A stretch of DNA of 32,735 nt from an uncultured Planctomycetales bacterium (GTDB lineage: Bacteria > Omnitrophota > Gorgyraeia > Zapsychrales > JANLHA01): positions 1 through 32,735 of the forward strand of contig CAYHZK010000003.1 of the NCBI GenBank assembly GCA_964361085.1, written 5' to 3'. The translations under genes were made by a program, and so were the position numbers. Positions 8,804 through 16,289 of this stretch are shown piece after piece. The notes under the pieces are model-generated. The model worked only from the letters and a program-made list of their open reading frames with translations, was not told where the DNA came from and searched no databases. Numbering within the stretch: position 1 is the stretch's first letter; the number at the start of each line of letters is the position of its first letter.

Positions 8804-9910
8804 ATGCTTCTGTATATTACACGAAAGTTCCCGCCGTCTCTCGGCGGCATGGAGCGCTTCAATTTTAAACTGGTGAACCGGCTTCAGACGCGCATCGGGA
8901 TGAAGCGCATTTGCTGGGGGGGGAGCAATCTCTGGCTTCCGTTCTTTATGCTGGTCGTCCTGGGGAAAGGGCTTTATCTTTGTGTCCGTTACAAGATCAC
9001 CTGTCTTTATATCTCCGAAGGCCTGATGAGTCCGTTTGGGGTGCTTTTCAAACGGCTTTTTAACGTTCCGATCGTTGTCACGATTCATGGCCGCGATATC
9101 ACCTTTCCGCTCAAGATCTATCAAAGTGTTATCCCCTGGGCCCTGCGGCGTTTTGACAAAGTGATCTGTGTCAGCAACCATCTTCGCAGGGAGTGTCTTG
9201 CAAGAGGTGTTGCTGAAGACAAGATTGAGATCATCCCCAACGGCGTGGATGTGAACGATTTTCAGGGGCCGCCAGACACCGACATCATCAGCCGGCTGGA
9301 AACACTGTCTAAGAGGAATCTTAAAGACCGGCGGCTCATCTTGTCCGTTGGGCGCCTGCTCCGTTTGAAGGGATTTGATTCCTTTATCAAAAATATCCTG
9401 CCGCTGATCGTCAAAGACATTCCCGCCGCCCTGTATCTTGTCGTGGGGAGCGGTCCGCAAGGGGATGAACTTGAAAAATTGATTTCGGAGAAAAACCTCC
9501 AGAATCATGTTGTCCTTTTGGGGCGCGTCGATATGGACAGCGGTTTGTTGCCCGCCATTTATCGGGCGGCCGATATCTTTGTCATGCCGAATGTTTCTGA
9601 CAGGAATATGAAAGAGGGGTTTGGTCTTGTCGCCCTGGAGGCCTGCGCATCCGGGTTGCCGGTCATCGCGACACGCGTCGGCGGCATTCCGGAGGTGATT
9701 TTTGACGGTAAGAACGGGTTTCTTTTTGAGGAAACGGATTATCAGGGGTTCGCCGTAAAGTGCGTGGACCTGCTGCAAAACCCCATGCTGTCGCAATCGT
9801 TTGGCGCTCAATCCCGGATTTTTGTCCGCGATCGGTTCTCCTGGGACCGTATCGCCCAGTCCTATGTCGGCATTTTCGAAAAACCAGCACGCCCGCCACA
9901 GCACCAATGA
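8804..9910 (+). CDS. GT4 (group 1) glycosyltransferase
   Basis: 368 aa. N-terminal FPPSLGGMERF. EX7E motif EGFGLVALEACASGLPVIATRVGGIPEVI. Confidence 0.9.
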   Translation: MLLYITRKFPPSLGGMERFNFKLVNRLQTRIGMKRICWGGSNLWLPFFMLVVLGKGLYLCVRYKITCLYISEGLMSPFGVLFKRLFNVPIVVTIHGRDITFPLKIYQSVIPWALRRFDKVICVSNHLRRECLARGVAEDKIEIIPNGVDVNDFQGPPDTDIISRLETLSKRNLKDRRLILSVGRLLRLKGFDSFIKNILPLIVKDIPAALYLVVGSGPQGDELEKLISEKNLQNHVVLLGRVDMDSGLLPAIYRAADIFVMPNVSDRNMKEGFGLVALEACASGLPVIATRVGGIPEVIFDGKNGFLFEETDYQGFAVKCVDLLQNPMLSQSFGAQSRIFVRDRFSWDRIAQSYVGIFEKPARPPQHQ

Positions 9911-9955
9911 TTCATCAGGTGGATCCCCTCTTCCCATGCGCGCACGAGATTCCCC

Positions 9956-9984
9956 TTGCAAGACGAATGCCCCGTGGATATAAT
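9956..9984 (+). promoter_or_regulatory. near-consensus sigma70 promoter TTGCAA-N17-TATAAT upstream of trxA
   Basis: TTGCAA 9956-9961, TATAAT 9979-9984, 17-nt spacer. AAGGAG RBS at 10016-10021. Confidence 0.6.
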
Positions 9985-10027
9985 AACTTGCCTTATAGAC
10001 GAAAATCTTAACGCAAAGGAGCAAGTC

Positions 10028-10351
10028 ATGGCTGTGGTTCATGTTACGGAAAAGGATTATGACGCGGAAATTCTCAAATCGCCGTTGCCGGTCCTGGTGG
10101 ACTTTTGGGCGGAGTGGTGCGGACCCTGCCGGGCCATCGCCCCAGTTCTGGAAGATGTCGCCAGGGAACTGGATGGAAAACTCAAGGTCGCCAAGGTCAA
10201 TGTCGATGAGGCCCAGGATTTGGCCGCCCAATATCATATTATGTCGATCCCAACCCTGCTGATTTTCAAGCAGGGGGAGGCTGTCGACCAATTCGTGGGG
10301 GCTATGGGCAAGGCGCAATTGCTGGCGAAGATCAAGCCGCACCTGGGATAA
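10028..10351 (+). CDS. trxA: thioredoxin
   Basis: 107 aa from ATG 10028; the 9956 start in the ORF track is an upstream extension running through the promoter. WCGPC active site, and the canonical VLVDFWAEWCGPCRAIAP...KVNVDE...SIPTLLIFKQG. Confidence 0.95.
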   Translation: MAVVHVTEKDYDAEILKSPLPVLVDFWAEWCGPCRAIAPVLEDVARELDGKLKVAKVNVDEAQDLAAQYHIMSIPTLLIFKQGEAVDQFVGAMGKAQLLAKIKPHLG

Positions 10352-10369
10352 TCAGGCGCAGGAGGAAAG

Positions 10370-10720
10370 ATGTTAATCAGTTTTTGTAAATCGAAGATCG
10401 CGCACGCGACGGTGACTCAGGCGGAACTTTATTACGAGGGGAGCATCACCATCGATGAGGCGCTGCTGAAAGCCGTTAATATTATTCCCGGCGAGAAGGT
10501 CGAGGTTTTGAATATCAACAACGGCAACCGTCTGGAAACTTACGCGATTGCCGGGAAAGCCGGTTCCGGTGAGGTCTGCTTGAACGGGCCGGCGGCGCGG
10601 TTAGGGTTTGCGGGGGACAAGATCATCATCTTAAGTTATGCCCTGATGGAACCGCGAGAAGCCAAAAAATCCAAAACAAAGATCGTTTATCTTGACGAAA
10701 AAAACCACATCCGCAGATGA
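10370..10720 (+). CDS. panD: aspartate 1-decarboxylase
   Basis: 116 aa. KSKIAHATVTQAELYYEGSITID contains the Gly-Ser self-cleavage site. AGGAGG RBS at 10359-10364. Confidence 0.92.
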   Translation: MLISFCKSKIAHATVTQAELYYEGSITIDEALLKAVNIIPGEKVEVLNINNGNRLETYAIAGKAGSGEVCLNGPAARLGFAGDKIIILSYALMEPREAKKSKTKIVYLDEKNHIRR

Positions 10721-11217
10721 TCATTCCCCAATTGACAATCCGTACCTATGGAGATCCCTGTTTGCGAAAAAAATCCGTGTCCGTCGATCATGTCGGCCCC
10801 GGGGAACGGATGCTCATCAAGGCCATGCTGGCTGCGATGTATGAGCACAAGGGGGTTGGGCTGGCCGCCCCTCAGGTCGGCGTCAATCAGCAGATTTTCG
10901 TGGTGGATATCGGCGAAGGCCCCATCGCCGTGATCAATCCCAGGATTATCAAACGCTCCGGCGCGGAAAAGCGGGAGGAAGGGTGCCTCAGCATCCCCGG
11001 GGTCATGCTCAACGTCCGCCGGCCCCAAAGAATCGTCGTCAAATACACCGATGAACACAATCAAACCGTCGAGCGGGAGCTGAATGACCTTTTAGCGCGG
11101 GTTTTTTTGCACGAGAACGATCATCTCCTCGGCAAGCTGATCATCGATTACGCGGGGCTGCGGGATAAAATCAAGATCAAAAAACAATTGCACGAGCTGA
11201 TCAAAAAGCAGGCGTGA
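10717..11217 (+). CDS. def: peptide deformylase
   Basis: 166 aa with the three motifs GVGLAAPQVG, EGCLSIPG and HENDHL. ATGA overlap with the panD stop. Confidence 0.95.
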   Translation: MIIPQLTIRTYGDPCLRKKSVSVDHVGPGERMLIKAMLAAMYEHKGVGLAAPQVGVNQQIFVVDIGEGPIAVINPRIIKRSGAEKREEGCLSIPGVMLNVRRPQRIVVKYTDEHNQTVERELNDLLARVFLHENDHLLGKLIIDYAGLRDKIKIKKQLHELIKKQA

Positions 11218-12143
11218 GTCCTATGCCCGAGGCTGTCCAGGCCGACCCCATCCTTTCAAAATCCTTTCCGCGGTTGCCGTCGTGGTTTCGTCAAGACTTG
11301 CCGGATATGACTAGGATCGGCGCCATGAAGGCCATGCTCCGGGATTCCCGTTTGCATACCGTCTGCGAAAGCGCCCATTGTCCCAATCTGGGAAAGTGCT
11401 GGGGGCGGGGGGTCGCGACTTTTATGATCTTAGGCGACATCTGCACCCGCGCCTGCCGTTTTTGCGCGGTTAAGGCCGGCAAACCCGCGGCGGCGGATCC
11501 GGCGGAACCGCGTCATGTCGCCCTCGCGGTCAAGCAATTGAATCTCCGTTATGTCGTCGTCACCTCGGTCGCGCGGGATGACCTCAAAGACGAAGGCGCC
11601 GGGCAGTTCGCCGAAACGATCCGCGAGATCCGCCGGCTGACACCGCACACCAGGATTGAAATCCTGATCCCGGATTTTTCCAACGCCGCCGCGAACCTTA
11701 ATCTCGTCGCTGAGGCTCGACCGGATGTCATCAGCCATAACATCGAAACCGTGCGCCGTTTGTCCCCGGCGGTGCGGCCGCAGGCCGATTATGACCGTTC
11801 GCTCTCGGTGTTGCAGACCTTGAAAAACCTGCAGCCTGCGGTTTTCACAAAGTCGGGCCTCATGGCCGGCCTGGGCGAACGCGCGGATGAGGTCAGGGAG
11901 GCGATGGAAGATCTGATCGCCGCCGGCTGCGATATTCTGACGATCGGCCAGTATCTCGCTCCCACCCGGATGAAACGCCACCTGCCGGTCCAGGAATTTT
12001 TGCCGCCGGAAAAATTTAAAGAATACGAACTCCTCGGACACAGCCTCGGGTTTAAACATGTCATGAGCGGCCCTCTGGTGCGAAGTTCCTACATCGCCGA
12101 AGAAGGATACGAGGGCTGTGTTGAGGCTTTGCGAAAGGGTTAG
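11214..12143 (+). CDS. lipA: lipoyl synthase
   Basis: 309 aa. Auxiliary cluster CESAHCPNLGKC and radical-SAM CTRACRFC. Start is either GTG 11214 (GTGA overlap with def) or ATG 11223. Confidence 0.95.
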   Translation: MSPMPEAVQADPILSKSFPRLPSWFRQDLPDMTRIGAMKAMLRDSRLHTVCESAHCPNLGKCWGRGVATFMILGDICTRACRFCAVKAGKPAAADPAEPRHVALAVKQLNLRYVVVTSVARDDLKDEGAGQFAETIREIRRLTPHTRIEILIPDFSNAAANLNLVAEARPDVISHNIETVRRLSPAVRPQADYDRSLSVLQTLKNLQPAVFTKSGLMAGLGERADEVREAMEDLIAAGCDILTIGQYLAPTRMKRHLPVQEFLPPEKFKEYELLGHSLGFKHVMSGPLVRSSYIAEEGYEGCVEALRKG

Positions 12144-12150
12144 CTTTTTC

Positions 12151-12177
12151 CCGTATCCCGTCGTCCACAGGATACGG
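12151..12177 (+). terminator. stem-loop after lipA (8-bp stem CCGTATCC/GGATACGG, 11-nt loop), no U-tract
   Basis: Read directly from the sequence. Followed by the tandem GATACGG AATACGG. Its role as a terminator is doubtful because there is no T-run. Confidence 0.25.
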
Positions 12178-12206
12178 AATACGGTCGGCGGATAACAACG
12201 ACACCC

Positions 12207-13205
12207 ATGACCACATCTCAAAAAAAAATAAAATCCCTGTTGTCCTCGCTCCTGCGGTTCGGCTTGAGCGCTATCCTCCTCATTTATATTTTTTCTAAAA
12301 TTGACGTCGAGCAAACCCTCGCCGTTGTCAAAACGGCCGATGTCCGTTTTATCATTTATGCCTTTCTGGTTTTTTTTATGATCAGCCTTTTTCTTTTGCT
12401 GCGCTGGAGCGTCTTTATCAAGGCTTTAAAGCTTGAGGCGCCGTTTTTCAGTATCGTGCGGTATTTTTTTATCGGCTTATTCGGCAATCTCTTTCTTCCC
12501 AGCGCGATCGGCGGGGATGTCATCAAAATTTTTGGCCTTTGCCGTTATTCGACACAGAAGGCCAAGGTTGTGGCCTCGGTTTTGCTGGACCGTTTGAGCG
12601 GGTTTGCCGGCATGGTCGGCGTCGCGACGGCGGCGTTTCTGTTTGGCCATCGCGTCATCAATGATGCGTCGGTTTTGATTTCCATTGTGGCCATGGCCGG
12701 GGCCTCGGCCGTCATCGGGACGGTGTTGTTTCATGAAGGCGCGTATTCTTTTTGCTGCCAGGTCTTTGCCCGTTTCCCGAGGGTGAAGGAAAGTCTCATG
12801 AAGATGCATTACGACATCGCCCTGCTCAAGGATCGTCCGGCCGCGCTGCTTCAGGCCGTGGGGATTTCGGCTCTTTCGCAGGTCAGTCTCGCGATGACAT
12901 TTTTTTTCATCAGCAAGGCCCTGCACCAGGACGTCCCGTTGTTTTATTTCATCATTTTTGTCCCGTTGATCTGTGTCGCGTCAACCGTCCCCTCCATCGG
13001 GGGCTTGGGCGTCCGCGAGGCGGGGACGGCGTATCTTCTGGCGAAAGTCGGCGTGGCCTCGGGGGTGGCGGTGAGCATCAGTTTGATCAATTTTTTATTT
13101 ATGGTTTTGATGGGTTTGCTCGGTGGATTGTTTTATGTGAGCACAAACTCGGCCGCGGGTTTGCCGATTGCAAAACAGCTGGAACCTCTGAAAACGGCAC
13201 AATGA
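12207..13205 (+). CDS. UPF0104 / LPG_synthase_TM (flippase-like) membrane protein
   Basis: 332 aa. Family-typical N-terminus LLRFGLSAILLIYIFSKID and motif FFIGLFGNLFLPSAIGGDVIKIFGL, later VPSIGGLGVREAG. Confidence 0.8.
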   Translation: MTTSQKKIKSLLSSLLRFGLSAILLIYIFSKIDVEQTLAVVKTADVRFIIYAFLVFFMISLFLLLRWSVFIKALKLEAPFFSIVRYFFIGLFGNLFLPSAIGGDVIKIFGLCRYSTQKAKVVASVLLDRLSGFAGMVGVATAAFLFGHRVINDASVLISIVAMAGASAVIGTVLFHEGAYSFCCQVFARFPRVKESLMKMHYDIALLKDRPAALLQAVGISALSQVSLAMTFFFISKALHQDVPLFYFIIFVPLICVASTVPSIGGLGVREAGTAYLLAKVGVASGVAVSISLINFLFMVLMGLLGGLFYVSTNSAAGLPIAKQLEPLKTAQ

Positions 13206-13214
13206 CCTTTAACA

Positions 13215-13718
13215 ATGGCGCTGCATTTTGTCCTTGATGGATACAATTTGATAAAGCAGACGCCTGCTCTCGCGGAGCGTTGTCTGGAAGAGGGCCGGAC
13301 CGCGCTGCTTGCTCTCATTGAAAAAGAAGGGCTTCGGGGGAGCCCGCGCAACGCCGTGACCGTTGTTTTCGACGGGCAGCAGGGGCTGGGCGGCTGTCCC
13401 TCGGGAGAAAATCCGCAGGTGATCTTCACGTCCGGGGAATCGGCGGATGACAAGATCAAGCGCCTCGTGGATGAGGCCCCGAACCGCAAAAATATCGTTG
13501 TGGTGACCGAAGACCGCGAGATCAAATATTACGTTCGCGCCGCCGGAGCGCAGGTTTTGGGTGTCCGTGAATTTTTAAACCGGATGAAAACTCAGGGCAA
13601 ACATAATGCCCCCCCTCCCGCGGATAAAAAATATATCCCCAGTACGGTTGAGGATAAGATCACATCCGAGATGGAAAAGATATGGCTGGATCAAAAAAAG
13701 AAAGACAGGACTCCTTGA
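13215..13718 (+). CDS. NYN domain (YacP/Rae1-like) predicted ribonuclease
   Basis: 167 aa: FVLDGYNLI...VTVVFDG...VIFTSGESADDKIKRLV...VVVTEDREI, the YacP-like NYN layout. Confidence 0.7.
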   Translation: MALHFVLDGYNLIKQTPALAERCLEEGRTALLALIEKEGLRGSPRNAVTVVFDGQQGLGGCPSGENPQVIFTSGESADDKIKRLVDEAPNRKNIVVVTEDREIKYYVRAAGAQVLGVREFLNRMKTQGKHNAPPPADKKYIPSTVEDKITSEMEKIWLDQKKKDRTP

Positions 13719-14488
13719 CGCAGGCCATCCTGACCTATCTGACGGATCGGATTACCGCGACGGGCAGCGCCATTTTTTTCTTGGGCGACGTCATTCGGCA
13801 TGTCTTCCGCGGACGGATCCGCTGGAACGAGGTCCTCAAACAGATTTATCAGCAGGGTGTGCAGTCGGCGGTGATCGTGATGATGGCGTCGCTGGCGTCG
13901 GGCGCCGTGCTGGCGCTGCAGGGGTATGTCATGCTCAACCGTTTCGGCGCCAAAGAGCGCGTGGCGCAGCTGGTTGTCCTGTCTTTGGTGCGGGAATTGA
14001 GTCCGGTTTTTACGTCTTTCATTTTTTCAGGGAAGGCGGGGGCGCGGATGGCGGCGGAGCTGGGGACGATGAATGTCAACGACCAGATTGTGGCGACAAG
14101 GACGCTGGGGGTCGACCCGGTTGAATTTTTAGTCGTGCCGCGGATGGTCGCGTGTTTTTTGGTCTTGCCCGGGCTGGTGGTCCTTTCGGAGGTTGTCGGG
14201 GTTTTCGGGGGGTATCTGATCGGCGTTTATAACGCGGGGATCCCGGGGACCACGTATATCCAGCAGACCCTGCGGTCGGTCAATTTTGTGGATTTTTACA
14301 GCGGGTTTACGAAGACGTTTTTTTTTGCGCTTCTCATCGTCTGGATTTCGTGCTATCAGGGTTTTCACACCAAAGGCGGTTCACTGGGGGTCGGGCAATA
14401 CACGACCAAGGCCGTGGCCCTGTCCTACATGATGGTCGTGATTTCCAACGTGATTCTGACCAAAATTATTTTGACGTTTTGGGGATGA
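13682..14488 (+). CDS. mlaE: Mla-type ABC transporter permease
   Basis: 268 aa. MlaE-like QQGVQSAVIVMMASLASGAVLALQG...ELGTMNVNDQIVATRTLGVDPVEFLVVPR. Overlaps the NYN gene by 37 nt. An alternative in-frame TTG at 13715 would give a TTGA overlap instead. Confidence 0.85.
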   Translation: MAGSKKERQDSLTQAILTYLTDRITATGSAIFFLGDVIRHVFRGRIRWNEVLKQIYQQGVQSAVIVMMASLASGAVLALQGYVMLNRFGAKERVAQLVVLSLVRELSPVFTSFIFSGKAGARMAAELGTMNVNDQIVATRTLGVDPVEFLVVPRMVACFLVLPGLVVLSEVVGVFGGYLIGVYNAGIPGTTYIQQTLRSVNFVDFYSGFTKTFFFALLIVWISCYQGFHTKGGSLGVGQYTTKAVALSYMMVVISNVILTKIILTFWG

Positions 14489-14503
14489 GCAGCGCACGGA
14501 ATC

Positions 14504-14536
14504 CGTATTTCGTAGTTTGTATTCCGCAAAATACAA
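14504..14536 (+). repeat. short dispersed repeat, copy B (inverted partner at 29264-29302)
   Basis: CGTATTTCGTAGTTTGTATTCCGCAAAATACAA. It shares the exact 14-mer TTCGTAGTTTGTAT and flanks with the reverse complement of 29264-29302 (29 of 33 positions by hand alignment, allowing two gaps). Embedded in the inverted repeat CGGAAT...ATTCCG. Confidence 0.55.
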
Positions 14537-14544
14537 AGTAAGAT
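14517..14544 (+). promoter_or_regulatory. candidate internal promoter TTGTAT-N16-TAAGAT ahead of lipoprotein-mlaF-mlaD
   Basis: Hexamers at 14517-14522 and 14539-14544 in the 107-nt mlaE/lipoprotein spacer. Confidence 0.3.
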
Positions 14545-14595
14545 GTCTGTGGCGCAAAAAATTCTGTCCTGATTTACTATTGCGAGGAGGATCCA

Positions 14596-14955
14596 TTGAA
14601 AGGAATTATTCTGAAAATCATACTATTGTTTTGTGTTCTTTCCTTAACCGCCGGCTGTGCCGGGCTGGACGGGAACCGGGGGGATACCACATATCAATTC
14701 CCTGTCATCGAGGCGGAGTGGATCAGAAACGGCGAGCCTCTTGAGTACGAAGGGGAGTTTTGGTATCCTCAGGACAACGTCGATGTCTTGCTGGATTCCG
14801 AGGTGATGCTCCTCGGGAAATACCGGGACGTTGAATTTTTCGCCCAGACCGTCGACGTGCGGCCCTATAACCGGCTGTATACCAAATTCGGCAGCAACAG
14901 ATTCCGGAGTTTTGAGAATAAGGTTTACGATGATCAAAGTTACCAGGCTCAATAA
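14596..14955 (+). CDS. small lipoprotein of unknown family embedded in the Mla operon
   Basis: 119 aa. TTG start, with GAGGAGG beginning about 12 nt upstream. Signal peptide plus lipobox (KIILLFCVLSLTAGC). The mature part is rich in Y/F/W/E. The 3' end overlaps mlaF by 26 nt. Confidence 0.65.
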   Translation: MKGIILKIILLFCVLSLTAGCAGLDGNRGDTTYQFPVIEAEWIRNGEPLEYEGEFWYPQDNVDVLLDSEVMLLGKYRDVEFFAQTVDVRPYNRLYTKFGSNRFRSFENKVYDDQSYQAQ

Positions 14956-15646
14956 ACGATTCGGCGGCCAGCAGGTTTTGGACAATATCAACCTGGAGAT
15001 CCGGGAGGGGGAACTCCTGGTGATCTTAGGCGAAAGCGGGTCGGGCAAAAGCGTTTTGTTGCAGCATCTGATCGGATTGATCAAACCCGACGAGGGAACG
15101 GTTGAGATCGACGGGCGGGATATCACAAAGCTTCCGGAAAAAGAATTGTTGAAAGTCCGCCGCCATATCGGGTATCTGTTTCAGGACGGGGCGTTGTATG
15201 ATTTTATGACGGTTTTTGAAAACGTGGCCTTCCCCTTGCGGGAGCATACGCGGGCGAAGCCGCGGGAGATCAAGGCCAAGGTCCTGGAACTTTTAAAAAC
15301 GGTGGGGCTGGAGGGGGCTGAAGGAAAATTCCCGTCTCAGTTGAGCGGCGGGATGAGAAAGCGCGCCGCCCTGGCCCGGTCGGTGATCCTTGATTCCCGC
15401 GTGCTCTTTTGTGACGAGCCCACATCGGGCCTGGACCCAATCAAGAGCCGGAGTATTTCGGATCTGATCAAGGGAATCGGGCGGCAATTGAAATGCACGA
15501 CGGTGGTGACATCGCATGATATTCAGAATTCGTTTCGCATCGCGGACCGGCTGATCTTGATCCGGGAGGGCAGGATCGTCGCGGAAGGGGTGCCGGCGCA
15601 GCTGCAGGCGTCGCACGATTCGTATCTACAGGAATTCCTAACTTGA
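14930..15646 (+). CDS. mlaF: Mla-type ABC transporter ATP-binding protein
   Basis: 238 aa from ATG 14930 (MIKVTRLNKRFGG...); the 14831 start in the ORF track is an extension. Walker A GESGSGKS, signature LSGGMRKR, Walker B VLFCDEPTSGLD. Confidence 0.88.
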   Translation: MIKVTRLNKRFGGQQVLDNINLEIREGELLVILGESGSGKSVLLQHLIGLIKPDEGTVEIDGRDITKLPEKELLKVRRHIGYLFQDGALYDFMTVFENVAFPLREHTRAKPREIKAKVLELLKTVGLEGAEGKFPSQLSGGMRKRAALARSVILDSRVLFCDEPTSGLDPIKSRSISDLIKGIGRQLKCTTVVTSHDIQNSFRIADRLILIREGRIVAEGVPAQLQASHDSYLQEFLT

Positions 15647-15665
15647 ATCCCCCTGCTGTCAGGGG

Positions 15666-16277
15666 ATGATGAAGGGAAGCCGCATGGAACAAAATGATTT
15701 TTTGAAGAAATTCTCCGCGGGATTGTTTTTTCTTTTCTGCGTCGCCCTGATCGTCGGGGTCGTGTTTGTGATCGGCGTCGAGAAGGGGATCACCGAAAAG
15801 AAGTTTCCCATAACGGTCCTGTTTAACAAGGTGGGAGGGCTGACGGCGGGATCCCCGGTCCGGCTTTCGGGTGTGACGGTCGGGGTCGTGGCCAACATTG
15901 ATTTTCTTGATGAAGAAGTGGCGGGCCGCGGGGTCAAGGTGGAGCTGAATCTTTATAAGAAATTTCAGAAACAGCTTTATAAAAGCACGCGGTTTGCGAT
16001 CATCACCGAGGGGGTCCTGGGAGAAAAGATCATCGAGATCACAACGTCGCCCGGGTTTCGCCGCGCCGACATCACCACCCCCATCATCGGGGAAGACCCC
16101 CTGGACGTGCAGAATCTCGCGGAGACGTTCGGCGATACCGCCGTTTCGCTCCTGGAGGCGTCGAAATCCATCCAGGGCATCATCAACGAGGTGAGGGATA
16201 TTTCCGCGGCGACCAAACGGCTGCTCAACCGCATCGAGCAACGGGTCATCGAAGGGAATCTGTTTAAGGTGTTTTAA
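15666..16277 (+). CDS. mlaD: MCE-domain substrate-binding protein
   Basis: 203 aa. N-terminal TM (GLFFLFCVALIVGVVFVIGV) followed by MCE core FPITVLFNKVGGLTAGSPVRLSGVTVGVVANI. The start could instead be ATG 15684. Confidence 0.8.
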   Translation: MMKGSRMEQNDFLKKFSAGLFFLFCVALIVGVVFVIGVEKGITEKKFPITVLFNKVGGLTAGSPVRLSGVTVGVVANIDFLDEEVAGRGVKVELNLYKKFQKQLYKSTRFAIITEGVLGEKIIEITTSPGFRRADITTPIIGEDPLDVQNLAETFGDTAVSLLEASKSIQGIINEVRDISAATKRLLNRIEQRVIEGNLFKVF

Positions 16278-16289
16278 AAAGGACGAGGC

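Noticed and set aside
9956-10027. N-terminal extensions in the ORF track at 9956, 14831, 20792, 25191, 26882, 31458, 23666 and 1703.
   Set aside because: In each case an internal ATG gives the family-typical N-terminus, in several cases with a good SD. The extension also runs through an upstream gene, promoter or intergenic spacer.
8681-10342. A 553-aa ORF on the minus strand spanning the GT4 gene, the trxA promoter region and trxA.
   Set aside because: It is a shadow ORF. It lies exactly in codon register (frame -1) with both plus-strand genes, which also share a frame with each other. Antisense stops would therefore require sense TTA, CTA or TCA codons, which this genome avoids. The translation is R/P/G/Q-rich with no recognisable motifs, whereas both sense genes have unambiguous family signatures (EX7E, WCGPC).
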